Below are positions 49,976-59,589 of a DNA stretch of 64,000 nucleotides, one piece after another. The notes beneath the pieces are model-generated. The model searched no databases, was not told where the DNA came from, and was given only the letters and a program-made list of their open reading frames with translations. Location: NCBI GenBank assembly GCA_046290675.1, contig JBKAHA010000019.1, positions 18,742 to 82,741 on the forward strand, in the 5' to 3' direction. Position 1 is the first letter of the stretch. Every line of letters begins with the position of its first letter. The translations under genes were made by a program, and so were the position numbers. Source of the DNA: Aureliella sp. Lineage in GTDB: Bacteria; Planctomycetota; Planctomycetia; Pirellulales; Pirellulaceae.

Positions 49976-51795
49976 ACAAGCGACGTGGAAAAAAAGCTCA
50001 CGGTCAAATTCGACAGAGTCAATTGATCACCTCATTTGGACCTGGTGCGATGATGGACTTGCCAAATCATTCGGTGCTGATTGGAGGTCTCGATTCCTGG
50101 TCATCAGGAGGAGATGAAGTTCTCGAGCCGCGGCTCATCGATAAACTCAAGTCTCTGTTTGACCCGCCACTTAGCAGCCTTAAGCTGGTTTCCCCTCCGC
50201 CGGACCCCGATGATTCTACGGCTCCACAGACGGGTATAACTGCATGGCAGTTCCCGGAGTGGTTCATCATTCAGGACGTCGATACTGACGAGAGCAGCGG
50301 CACCAGACGTGCCAGAATGCTAGTTCACCGTTCGCGATTGAACAAAGGCAAGTTCATTGATGACAATCGCAAGAAGCGCAATGTAGTGCCCGTTCGCTTT
50401 GTCAGAGCGTGCAAGAGTGGTCACATTGGTGACATCGACTGGTATGCTTTTCTTCACGGTCCAGAGTCCAACTGTCGCCGGCAGCTCTGGATCGAGGAAC
50501 GCGGAACCAGCGGCGACCTCGCCGAGGTATTTGTCCGCTGTGAATGTGGAAATGCTGAGCGAAGTATGGCTCAGGCAGCAGATTCTCGCGAACGCTCACT
50601 CGGGCACTGCGACGGCAGCCGACCATGGCTTGGTCCCTATTCAAAAGAAAAGTGCGGTGACATCAATCGACTCTTGATTCGAACTGCCAGTAACGCTTAC
50701 TTCCCACAATTAATGAGCGTAATCTCACTTCCAGACCGCAACGAAGATCTCCGGGATGCGGTGGAATCTGTCTGGGACTTCGTCGAAATTGCCGAGAGCG
50801 AAGCGGACATCGCCAAGGAGCGAAAGAAATCAAAAGTCCACAAGGCGCTAGATGGCTTTACCGACAGCGAAGTCTTTGAGGAAATCAAGGTTCGCCGAGG
50901 CCAAAAGTTTGACCAACAAAAATCGGTAAAACAAGCCGAAATGGAAACGCTGATTGCGAGCAAGGACACCATGGGGGAAGACAAGCCCGATGGTAACTTT
51001 TTTGCGCGAACATTACCTGCCGACCAATGGAGTTCCTATCCTTGGATGTCCGACGTCGAGAGAGTCGTGTTGGTGCACCGACTCCGGGAAGTCGTCGCCC
51101 AAGTTGGCTTCACTCGATTCGAGGCCATCTCTCCAGATATTGACGGAGAGCTCGAGATTGGTGTCAGGAGAGCAACTCTTGCCAGAGAGATCACTTGGCT
51201 ACCAGCCATTGAGAATCGCGGCGAGGGGGTCTTTATTCAGCTCAAGAAGGAAGCTGTAGAGAACTGGCTCGAGAAACCTGATGTTCAGGCTCGAGGGCAG
51301 CAACTGCTCAGTGGGTATGAGACTTGGGCTTCGGAGCACAGTGAAAGCCGCAGGGCATTCCCAGGCCTTCCCTATTTAATGCTTCATTCACTATCACACC
51401 TGCTTATTACCTCGGTGTCACTCGAATGTGGTTACCCAGCAAGCTCGATTCGAGAACGCATCTACTCGATTCCGAGTGTTGGCTATGGAGTACTTCTCTT
51501 CACCGGAAGTAGCGATGCTGAAGGAACGCTTGGCGGTCTAATTCAGGTTGGTCGCAAGATCCATGAGCACCTGCGAAATGCTCTCGAGCTAGGCTTACTT
51601 TGCTCGAATGACCCTGTGTGTGCCCAACACCAACCGACAAACGCACACGAGAGACGCTTCCTTCACGGAGCTGCGTGTCATGGTTGTGTACTGATTTCCG
51701 AGACTTCTTGCGAACAGCACAATGAGTATCTGGACCGTGCGCTAGTTGTGAGCACCGTAGACAACCTCGGCACGGAATTCTTCAAGCTCGGCTGA
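49972..51795 (+). CDS. drmB: DISARM DUF1998 protein DrmB
   Basis: IRQSQLITSFGPGA, HSLSHLLI, CSNDPVC..ACHGC..SC four-Cys cluster; GTGA overlap with drmA. Confidence 0.9.
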   Translation: MNKRRGKKAHGQIRQSQLITSFGPGAMMDLPNHSVLIGGLDSWSSGGDEVLEPRLIDKLKSLFDPPLSSLKLVSPPPDPDDSTAPQTGITAWQFPEWFIIQDVDTDESSGTRRARMLVHRSRLNKGKFIDDNRKKRNVVPVRFVRACKSGHIGDIDWYAFLHGPESNCRRQLWIEERGTSGDLAEVFVRCECGNAERSMAQAADSRERSLGHCDGSRPWLGPYSKEKCGDINRLLIRTASNAYFPQLMSVISLPDRNEDLRDAVESVWDFVEIAESEADIAKERKKSKVHKALDGFTDSEVFEEIKVRRGQKFDQQKSVKQAEMETLIASKDTMGEDKPDGNFFARTLPADQWSSYPWMSDVERVVLVHRLREVVAQVGFTRFEAISPDIDGELEIGVRRATLAREITWLPAIENRGEGVFIQLKKEAVENWLEKPDVQARGQQLLSGYETWASEHSESRRAFPGLPYLMLHSLSHLLITSVSLECGYPASSIRERIYSIPSVGYGVLLFTGSSDAEGTLGGLIQVGRKIHEHLRNALELGLLCSNDPVCAQHQPTNAHERRFLHGAACHGCVLISETSCEQHNEYLDRALVVSTVDNLGTEFFKLG

Positions 51796-51797
51796 CC

Positions 51798-52589
51798 ATG
51801 ACCAACCCTCTTGCGCAACTTAGTGATCACGATCTCCAGACTCTGATCGACGCCCTGGCTAGCGAACGAATTGTAGGGCCATATTCAGAGTTGCTTGTCA
51901 GTCGATTCTTGTCCTCTGCTGTAGCTTCGAACGTATCGAAGGCCTTGAAGGAATATGCCTCGCTGGGGTTCACTACTAAGCAGATTTCTGCGACGCTTGA
52001 ACTCCTTCGAGAAGACCGACGTGGTAGAGAGGAGAAACGAACTCCGATCGATCTAGTTGTATCTGGACCAGAGGCCGCCGGAGCAGCCAATCGCGACACT
52101 GCTGTCGTAGTGAATGAGCTGTTCAAGCACGCACAAGAGTCAGTATTAGTCGTTGGCTATGCGGTCTATCAGGGCCAAAAGGTGTTTCAATCGCTGGCAG
52201 ATCGAATGGAACAGATGCCAAATCTCACCGTGCGGTTCTTCTTAGATGTTGCTCGGAGCAATTCAGACGATTCGAAGCAAGACATCGTCGTTTCCCGGTT
52301 CGTGCGGCGATTTAAGGACAAACAATGGCCTAAAGGGCGTCGGCTGCCCGAAGTTTATTACGACCCACGCTCTTCAGCCAACGATACGACAGTCCGATCG
52401 TCGCTACACGCGAAGTGTGTTGTGGTTGACGGTATTCAGGTATTCGTCTCCTCTGCAAACTTCACCGAAGCCGGACAGGAACGCAATATTGAAATTGGAC
52501 TGAAGATCCAATCGGAATGGCTCGGTGGCAGAATCATTCGTCATTTCGAACTTCTTCGCGATCAAGAGTTGGTCTCAAGAGCAATCTGA
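51798..52589 (+). CDS. drmC: DISARM phospholipase D-like nuclease DrmC
   Basis: LHAKCVVVD (HxKxxxxD) and SSANFT..RNIEIG. Confidence 0.88.
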   Translation: MTNPLAQLSDHDLQTLIDALASERIVGPYSELLVSRFLSSAVASNVSKALKEYASLGFTTKQISATLELLREDRRGREEKRTPIDLVVSGPEAAGAANRDTAVVVNELFKHAQESVLVVGYAVYQGQKVFQSLADRMEQMPNLTVRFFLDVARSNSDDSKQDIVVSRFVRRFKDKQWPKGRRLPEVYYDPRSSANDTTVRSSLHAKCVVVDGIQVFVSSANFTEAGQERNIEIGLKIQSEWLGGRIIRHFELLRDQELVSRAI

Positions 52590-52760
52590 CTCATCAGAAC
52601 GGTCGAGCTATTTTGCACTGTGCCAGCTCAATTTTGTCGGTCCGGCTGGAAACGAGACTGCCTGCTTGGCCCCAAACTTGCCGACACTGTGAAATCGAGT
52701 TAGGGTCGCCTTGACTAGCAAATTTCACTTGAGGGTTTGGAACCTTCCTCCAGGGGGAAC

Positions 52761-53351
52761 ATGGTCAGCTTTATCGGCCGCTTCAAAATGGCAACTATCG
52801 ACAAGCGCATCACTTCTTTGCTCAGGCAGAGTACTTTTTTCGCGGACTATAACTCTCGCACATACTATACGCGCTGCGCTCAATCTGGCAGCAAAGAATC
52901 TATTGTCAATCACATCAAGACCGGCATTGATGTGTGCGGAGTGTACTGGCCACCCCTCGAATCTATCGATCGTTCCGAAGAGTGGGTTGTGGAAGCCGAT
53001 CGTTTTCTAAGTATCGCTTGGAAAGACTCTTCGATAGAAGCGCATTTTCACGCTAGAGGCCTTACCTTCGAAGATGCTGTAGACATGTTTTTGGTGATGA
53101 CCATTGCTACAATGCCAAACCCACTTTTCAAAACTGGCCCTGGACGGCTAACAAATACACTTGTAGCTACCAGTGTCTACCAAGAGCCAAAAACGAAGCT
53201 TGCCCCTTGTTTAGATGCATTGCGAGCCGAAAGTCTACCAATTGAAAAAGTAATGTACGGCAAATGCTCGCAAGCAATTCCGTTTGCCCGTCAGTTAAAG
53301 GAAGCACATGAGCTTGCATTCGGAGCAATCGGAATCGATGATGTTCTCTGA
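52761..53351 (+). CDS. Hypothetical protein downstream of DISARM
   Basis: ORF of about 196 aa, purine-rich RBS before the ATG at 52761; no motif recognised. Confidence 0.5.
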   Translation: MVSFIGRFKMATIDKRITSLLRQSTFFADYNSRTYYTRCAQSGSKESIVNHIKTGIDVCGVYWPPLESIDRSEEWVVEADRFLSIAWKDSSIEAHFHARGLTFEDAVDMFLVMTIATMPNPLFKTGPGRLTNTLVATSVYQEPKTKLAPCLDALRAESLPIEKVMYGKCSQAIPFARQLKEAHELAFGAIGIDDVL

Positions 53352-53383
53352 ACATTCCGGGGAGATTTAGACACAACATTAAA

Positions 53384-54031
53384 TTAGGCAAACGGTCGAA
53401 CGATCTTGCGGCGTAGCGGAAGCACCTCGGTTGGAAGTTGAGATTTCCCTGCGGTTTTCCGTACGCGATTGACCTCGCGAAGCATGATGAGCATTTGCCT
53501 GCGAACTGGTGCATATGCGGCAATCGGCAAGTTGTAGAAGGCTAGTGCGAGCTTCTTGGGAGAGTCCCGAAGTGCTCGCTCAGAAAACCAAGCTCGCAGC
53601 TCAAGATACTGCTGGCGGTCGATGGCCACATGCGAATGCCATTTGTCATCACGACTACCATCCTTCTTGCGTCCACCTCGCCGGTAACTGATTGAGTAAC
53701 CGGCGTAACGAATCGGCACTCGTCGGATGTCGCGAATAAGGTTGGACTCCTCCTGGAAGAATTTGTGCTCACCTTTAGTAGCAAGAATCACAAACGTTGA
53801 TTCATGACGAATGTATTGCAGATTCGCCCTACCCGCCTTCTTGCGTCTTGCCCGAGTTGATTCAGACACGGCTATGCCGTACTTTTCAATCAACTTGGCA
53901 TCAATTGCCTCAGGATCTTTGCCCGCCGGTATTCTCCCAAGCACATAGAACCAGTATCCATGCCGCAAGTAAGAGCACGCTAGCTGCTGGACAAAGCCTT
54001 CAACCGAAGTTGCTACAGCTCGATATCCCAT
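53384..54031 (-). CDS. Basic hypothetical protein, probably DNA-binding
   Basis: Probable ATG 54031. R/K-rich, YLRHGYWFYV..GKDP..IDAKL..RARRKKAGRANLQY; function unknown. Confidence 0.6.
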   Translation of the reverse strand: MGYRAVATSVEGFVQQLACSYLRHGYWFYVLGRIPAGKDPEAIDAKLIEKYGIAVSESTRARRKKAGRANLQYIRHESTFVILATKGEHKFFQEESNLIRDIRRVPIRYAGYSISYRRGGRKKDGSRDDKWHSHVAIDRQQYLELRAWFSERALRDSPKKLALAFYNLPIAAYAPVRRQMLIMLREVNRVRKTAGKSQLPTEVLPLRRKIVRPFA

Positions 54032-55643
54032 CCCATTCAAAGAACAAAATCGGAAGCTTGTTCTTTGGCACAAGCTTCCAGTAAAGCCATAAACGCTCAG
54101 CACTCAGTAACGGGTGCCAGAGAGCTACAGCAGTTTGGCGGTGGGCAGCACTCAAGTGCCCAAGCCAAACTACATTCATGAATTGAGCCTCGCCAATTCA
54201 TAGAGCCCTTCAAGCAAAGAACCTATCGACAGCAACGCTGGAGTCCACACGCACTCCGAGCCCCTGCCGCAGATTCGCCGCCACAACAGACCAGTGCTCC
54301 CACACCAGCCTGTTGTAACCGCTTGCGCCCGTCCAAGGACGGCCAGCCACATCCATGCAGCCAACCGCACAGAACACCAACAGCTTTGCATTGCCCGTCA
54401 GCCCTTTCGTCGAGATACGTGTTGCTCAGCACCACCTGTTGCAACATCAACGACACTTCCACTGCCCTGCAGAAGCATCGCTTAGGGCCAAATCCAAACT
54501 CCCGCCTGGACTGGCACCTAACTCCTAATCAGGCCACACTCCCACTCTACGGCGTTTCAATCACCCGGATGACTCACTTCCAGGCACCGGTAACCAGCCG
54601 GCTGCCGCAGAGCTTCCTGCGTTAGTCATTCTCTCCACCTTGCGATTCACGTCGCTATCCCGCGCGCACGGGAGGAACGTTGGCCGTGCATTCAGTTCGC
54701 CAGAACCGAAGCAGTTTGCACCGCAGGCAGCGCCTGCGACGATTTCAGGGGACCGAACGTAGAAGCATCCCCTTACCCATCGACCAAGGTCTTTCACTGC
54801 TTGGCATCGTCTGCCGCAAGGTTTACCGGCAAGCCCATTAAGGCCTTTCATGGTTGAGCTATTCGTGGCCGCGGGATTTGCCCGCAGTCCCCGGAGCAAG
54901 CCAGCTCCGGTTCGTGCTGTTGCCAGCATCGAAACTCCCCACGCCGGACAAGTTGTATGAGGAACGTGCCCCCCTACCCCTTGTACAGGATTACGTAGTG
55001 TCATTGTAAAACACCCCTCACCTGCTTTGAGTAATGACGGCCCGACTAAATTCCTACCAAGAAAGTCAGTCGGGTATTTCCGCATCGCCCTCGCCCAAGG
55101 ACTAGCCTTGAGACGGTTCTCTCAACTCACCATCGGATCGAATCGTCGGATTACTCGAGTTCAGACTTGCAGGCTCACAAACAAAGTGAGCGGCGAGTCA
55201 TAGTCGGATTACTCGACGAAGCCTCCGTCGAACCGGACAAGCACCTCTCGATGCATCCGGCTCTACGGGCCAGCTACGTAGCAGGTGGTTAACTCCTGCT
55301 CCCTTAGGCCAAGTGGTGAGCCTGGCTTTACCGGGTGTAGCTGTCTGTTCATGCCTGTCATGCCCATCACCACTTGCAGAACTGAATTTGCAGACTGCTT
55401 GCAGCAACGCGTTTGACGTAATCAACAGCTGCGACAGAAGGGATCCGATCCCAAAGCCGCTAAAGACGCCAATTAGCATTCTGAGCCGGGAGCGCAACCC
55501 CTGAAACGCTGCTAATCCAGTGACTTGCGCGGTTCATCGAGCCGCACTGACTGCTACTATGCATTGGCCGAGAATTGGCAACAGTCGAAGTGACGCTGAA
55601 TTTTTTGTGAGCATTCGGAACGTGCCGAGTAGGGGACATGGCC

Positions 55644-55910
55644 TGTGGATAACTCGCACTGAATAGGTGTCGCAACTGTCGCAGTTTTCGGGCCAAAAGG
55701 CGTGTCGGAGGTGTCGCAATCCACAGGCAAAGACGTGTCGGAGGTGTCGCACTTTTTTGTCAGCAGACGAATGAGATGACAACATAACATGCTGAAAGAA
55801 CGACAGGATTTTGCGCTCGGGGAAGGGGGAGGAGAGCTGTACCCAAAGTACTTGTACAAGAGTACCTGTACAGACAAAGGTACTTGCTTTTAGGATTTCT
55901 TATTTTTGTT
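55644..55910. other. Candidate plasmid-type replication origin (oriV)
   Basis: Perfect DnaA box TGTGGATAA at 55644; iteron-like 18-mers at 55666, 55701 and 55734; GTAC cluster 55839-55883; T-rich tract after it; located downstream of rep. Confidence 0.65.
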
Positions 55911-56279
55911 TGTTCTCTCCGCACGTTCGATTAGGTGACCAATCGGATTGCCAAGCAGGACATGACATAGGGTTAGGCAAACAAGAATCACCCCTAAGCC
56001 GACAAGCCAGGCGTAGTCAGTAAAGCCGATTAAAAACTCTTTACGATGTGTCTCATCCAATGCCCATGATGACCCGATTCTTGCGACCAACTCGAGTGCT
56101 GCGACATATGCCTGTAGGAAGGGCACCGCAAAGCAGGTCGCTAATCAGATATAAGCCCACCAGTGCCATGGCCATGGGATCTCCTCGAATGTCTCCCAAT
56201 TGCGAGCGATAATTCGTGCGAAAGCATAAAGCAGAATACAGCAGAGGAATAGCTGAAGCAGGAAGCTCGAATAAGCCAT
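55890..56279 (-). pseudogene. Small membrane-protein gene interrupted by one in-frame TGA
   Basis: ATG overlaps the rep stop (TGATG). Frame reads MAYSSFLL..WAYI*LATCFAVPF..KKS; TGA at 56145-56147. Confidence 0.55.
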
Positions 56280-57547
56280 CACGTTCCGGCCAATATGTCG
56301 GTGAGATTAATAAGATTGCCAGTCGACCTTGGCGTAGTCTTACTCTCATCAACAGCTGCTCCAAACAGCTCAGTCCGGATCTTTGCAAATAGCTTCTCAC
56401 TCTCCGCATTCATCTCGTGCTTTTGATTCTCCGAGCGCTTCAGATCCTGCCACCAGTCGGGAGCAGTGCGATTGCCGGATGCTGCCTTGGTGACCGAATC
56501 AACGAGATACGCCATCGGGCTTTTGTGAAAGAAGTCGTTACCGAAGCGTTCCTGGGCAGCTTGGGTGATATCGATCCATTCTGAAAGGATGCGGGTAGGG
56601 AAGCGGCGAATGAGTCTGGCGGCTCCACCGTCATCAAAGCCTAGCTCAAGCAGGCCATCAAAAAGTGGCGAGTCTTCAGGAGTTGGGGTGTAGTTGCGTT
56701 CTTGCTTCTGGGCGAAGTAGGGGCCTCGTGACATGCGAACGAAATACTTTCCCGGCGAGGTTTTGAAGATCTCGGCATCAGAGAGCACGTGGAGCTCTGT
56801 GAGCTTCTTCAGGCATTTGTTGACTTTTACCTTCATGTCTCGCGTTGAAAGCGTGGAGCTGCTCCCAAGGAGGTTTACGGCGACGTGTTCAAGCCGCAGG
56901 GCCTTTAACTGCGTGCGGCGCGAAAGCACCTTGGTCGCAAACAGAAACAGTCGCCTGCTTGCCGTATCGAGTTCCCGGTAAACAGCCAGATCGAAGCGAA
57001 AGTGCCCTGCCGATGCTTTGACCATTTCAAAGAAGATCGGGTCCCAGGAAATCCGCCATGCGCGGCTGGATTTGAGATCGACTGGCAGACTGTAACTGAA
57101 GAACTTGAAACTCACTCTGCGATGCTCTTCACGCACCGGGTCGTAGAATCCATCGTTGAGATAGGTCACAGTCGACAGCCGTTTGATCGCTTCCGCAAAT
57201 TGCTTGTATTGGCGGCCACCGCGTTTGGTGTTCTGGTTGATGATCCCAAGCTGGCGAAGAAACCAGTGGGGTGTAGCAAACAGCTCAGGCTGTGGTTCTG
57301 GCTGGAGCATGGTCAGGGCAAGCAAGCCCCAGAGGTAGAGTTCATCCGATGCGGATAGTCCAAGGGGGCAGAACACTCGAGCCAGTGCTGTCTTTCTGTC
57401 TTTGCCAGAGTTGTAGTAATACTCCGCATCGTAGACCAGGTTTTCGACCAACGAACTGCGCGAATCGAGAGGGCATAGGGCATGCTCTACGAGTGAGAGC
57501 TGGCCAACACCGGTGGTGCGTTGAGTCTTTCTTTTTGCCTTGGCCAT
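56279..57547 (-). CDS. Plasmid replication initiator-like protein (RepA/RPA/TrfA-like wHTH)
   Basis: DELYLWGLL..TPHWFLRQLG..GGRQYKQFAEAIKRL resembles Rep wHTH segments; located between iterons and parAB. Family is inferred. Confidence 0.7.
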   Translation of the reverse strand: MAKAKRKTQRTTGVGQLSLVEHALCPLDSRSSLVENLVYDAEYYYNSGKDRKTALARVFCPLGLSASDELYLWGLLALTMLQPEPQPELFATPHWFLRQLGIINQNTKRGGRQYKQFAEAIKRLSTVTYLNDGFYDPVREEHRRVSFKFFSYSLPVDLKSSRAWRISWDPIFFEMVKASAGHFRFDLAVYRELDTASRRLFLFATKVLSRRTQLKALRLEHVAVNLLGSSSTLSTRDMKVKVNKCLKKLTELHVLSDAEIFKTSPGKYFVRMSRGPYFAQKQERNYTPTPEDSPLFDGLLELGFDDGGAARLIRRFPTRILSEWIDITQAAQERFGNDFFHKSPMAYLVDSVTKAASGNRTAPDWWQDLKRSENQKHEMNAESEKLFAKIRTELFGAAVDESKTTPRSTGNLINLTDILAGT

Positions 57548-57676
57548 GAGCCCCTGCTGATGCACTTTAATCCAGTTAAAGGAAGTAGCATCTTGGGGGT
57601 AATTGCGAAACCTTTTTCGTGTCGACCTTTGCGAGTAAATGTACCGAGAATCTGAGGCATATCAGTACTTTGCACG

Positions 57677-57695
57677 GAATTGCCATTGGCAACTT
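57677..57695. repeat. parS candidate copy 1 (GAATTGCCATTGGCAACTT)
   Basis: Core palindrome TTGCCA-T-TGGCAA. Confidence 0.6.
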
Positions 57696-57940
57696 CTCAC
57701 GCAAGATTGCTCTCAAAGCGACTGGAGTGTTAGTAGCCAGGATTTCTGAAATCTGAGCGCGGGAAGTAGTTGCACGCCGTTGTTTCCAACAACTGATAGC
57801 GGTTGTTGGGGACAGGGAACGATTCGTTTCATTTCACCCTTTGTGTGAAATGGCCATTGGTTTTCTAGCCCCGATTCTTGGGTGCGGGTATCCGCGCCAA
57901 CCTTTTCTAGCCTTGTGGACTTGTCGCCCTAGATTGCACA

Positions 57941-58294
57941 GTGATGTACAGGTACAAACTCGATGTGTTCATTGCAGACGAGGGTCAAGACGTTGGCAGT
58001 GAGGAGATCTCCATGAGCTTCTTGCTCACGGAGTATCCGGAGCTGGAAACTTCGCCAGTGTCCTTGAGACCCAATACTTGGGATGAGCGACTTGAGGAAA
58101 TGATCGCACTTATGCCTCAGGCGGAACTTGCTCAGCTGGCTCTAGCATTGCAGATTGGACGCGAGACGAAATCGACCAGACTCCTTGTTGATTGCAAGGA
58201 ACTCAGCGAAGAACGCATTGATGAACTCACAGACTTTACGAGACTCAACTTTTGGCGTGGTTGGTCGCAGGAGGTCGTCGTAGTTCCAAACTAG
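57941..58294 (+). CDS. Hypothetical protein
   Basis: Acidic 117-aa ORF between rep and parA; no motif. Confidence 0.4.
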   Translation: MMYRYKLDVFIADEGQDVGSEEISMSFLLTEYPELETSPVSLRPNTWDERLEEMIALMPQAELAQLALALQIGRETKSTRLLVDCKELSEERIDELTDFTRLNFWRGWSQEVVVVPN

Positions 58295-58408
58295 GAACAC
58301 GCGGGGGCGTTTGAGACAGGTTTTAGAAATCGTTTCTTACGCCCCACGACTCGTTGACCTTCTGGCCAATCAGACACCAAATATGGAGCGATTTCAGGAG
58401 TTTGCGCC

Positions 58409-58427
58409 GAATTGCCATTGGCAATTC
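58409..58427. repeat. parS candidate copy 2 (perfect palindrome GAATTGCCATTGGCAATTC)
   Basis: 9-bp arms with a 1-bp centre. Confidence 0.65.
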
Positions 58428-58724
58428 CATCTCAGGCTCCCTTGTAGCCCTTTTTCTTGGAGCCGAGCGAGTTCATCACGACCCTGATGGCCCTTGCCAT
58501 TCATGTTGGCGCGAGGCACGCTCCTGACGGGCTGCATGACGTAAGCTCCTTTTACGAAAGCGGCCAAGTGCTGGGATGTCCGCTGCAACGGCTCCCAGTG
58601 CGTTTACTTCTTCCAAAAACTGCGACGCAAACGACACGTACATAGAACCAGCCTTGCAGATTCTCCTTGACGACCTTTGCATCGATGTGCCAGCGTATCG
58701 AAAGTGATTACAGCAACTTACGCA

Positions 58725-58754
58725 GAATTGCCATTGGCAATTGCCAAGTTGCAA
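58725..58754. repeat. parS candidate copy 3 in the parA promoter
   Basis: GAATTGCCATTGGCAATTG plus an overlapping degenerate TTGCCAAGTTGCAA, about 20-30 bp before the parA ATG. Confidence 0.6.
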
Positions 58755-58772
58755 GCCATCTCATGAGGTACT

Positions 58773-59588
58773 ATGGCAAGCATCACACTGTGTCTAATCA
58801 ACCAAAAAGGAGGATGTGGGAAGAGCTCAACCTGCTTTCACTTGGCAGGTGCATTCGCTGCATCCGGGTGTTCTGTTCTACTCATCGACGCTGATCCGCA
58901 AGGCTCACTGAGCCAGGGGTTCTTCGGCTCTGACTATGTCGAGAATCTTCCAGCGAGCAAGACGCTGGCGGCGCTCTTTGACGAAGAATGCTTCTTCATC
59001 GATCAACAACAGTTGATTCGGGAAACTGACTTCGAAGGCATATCCATAGTCCCCTGCAACCAGCACTTGGCCAAGTTCAATATCCCCGAGCCGGAGAAAG
59101 CCGGGATGGAGCAATACTCCATCAAGGAGTTCCTCGTGGAACATGACAACTACGATGTTGTGCTCATCGACTGTCCACCGAATCTCTACCAGTGCAGCTG
59201 GAATTCGATGATTGCTTCTGACTACGTAGTAATCCCAGTTCCACCAGAAGATTTCGGCACCCAGGGACTACGGGCGGTTCACCAGGCGATTGACAATGCT
59301 CGTCGTCTAAACCCTGGCTTGCGCCGATTGGGGCATCTCGTCACAAGATACGACAAACGCCTTCTGGTTCATCGCTCATACGAAGAGCGATTGCGTGAGC
59401 TCTACAAGGAGATGGTTCTAGACACGCTAATTCCAGAAGCTTCAGCGTTTAAGGTCGCACTGGCGTGCAGACAACCGGTGGAATACTACAGCCCGAAATC
59501 AGCCGGGGCAGAGCGAACGCGAGACCTAGCAGCAGAGATCGTTACTCGTATTTCGGAGAAGAATAAGAAAAGAATGGTAGGTGCATAG
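58773..59588 (+). CDS. parA: ParA partition ATPase
   Basis: Deviant Walker A KGGCGKSS, IDADPQGSL, IDCPP. Confidence 0.93.
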   Translation: MASITLCLINQKGGCGKSSTCFHLAGAFAASGCSVLLIDADPQGSLSQGFFGSDYVENLPASKTLAALFDEECFFIDQQQLIRETDFEGISIVPCNQHLAKFNIPEPEKAGMEQYSIKEFLVEHDNYDVVLIDCPPNLYQCSWNSMIASDYVVIPVPPEDFGTQGLRAVHQAIDNARRLNPGLRRLGHLVTRYDKRLLVHRSYEERLRELYKEMVLDTLIPEASAFKVALACRQPVEYYSPKSAGAERTRDLAAEIVTRISEKNKKRMVGA

Positions 59589-59589
59589 G

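Noticed and set aside
36484-53351. Recombinase-DISARM block as a self-contained transposon flanked by two res sites
   Set aside because: I found only one copy of the core site by eye; no second site after drmC.
54561-55085. 174-aa ORF in the origin region
   Set aside because: No motif, atypical composition, and it lies in a region full of short overlapping frames; probably spurious.
55666-55751. Repeats considered as a mini CRISPR array
   Set aside because: Only three 18-bp units with 15-17 bp gaps, no cas genes, and a DnaA box adjacent; an iteron reading fits better.
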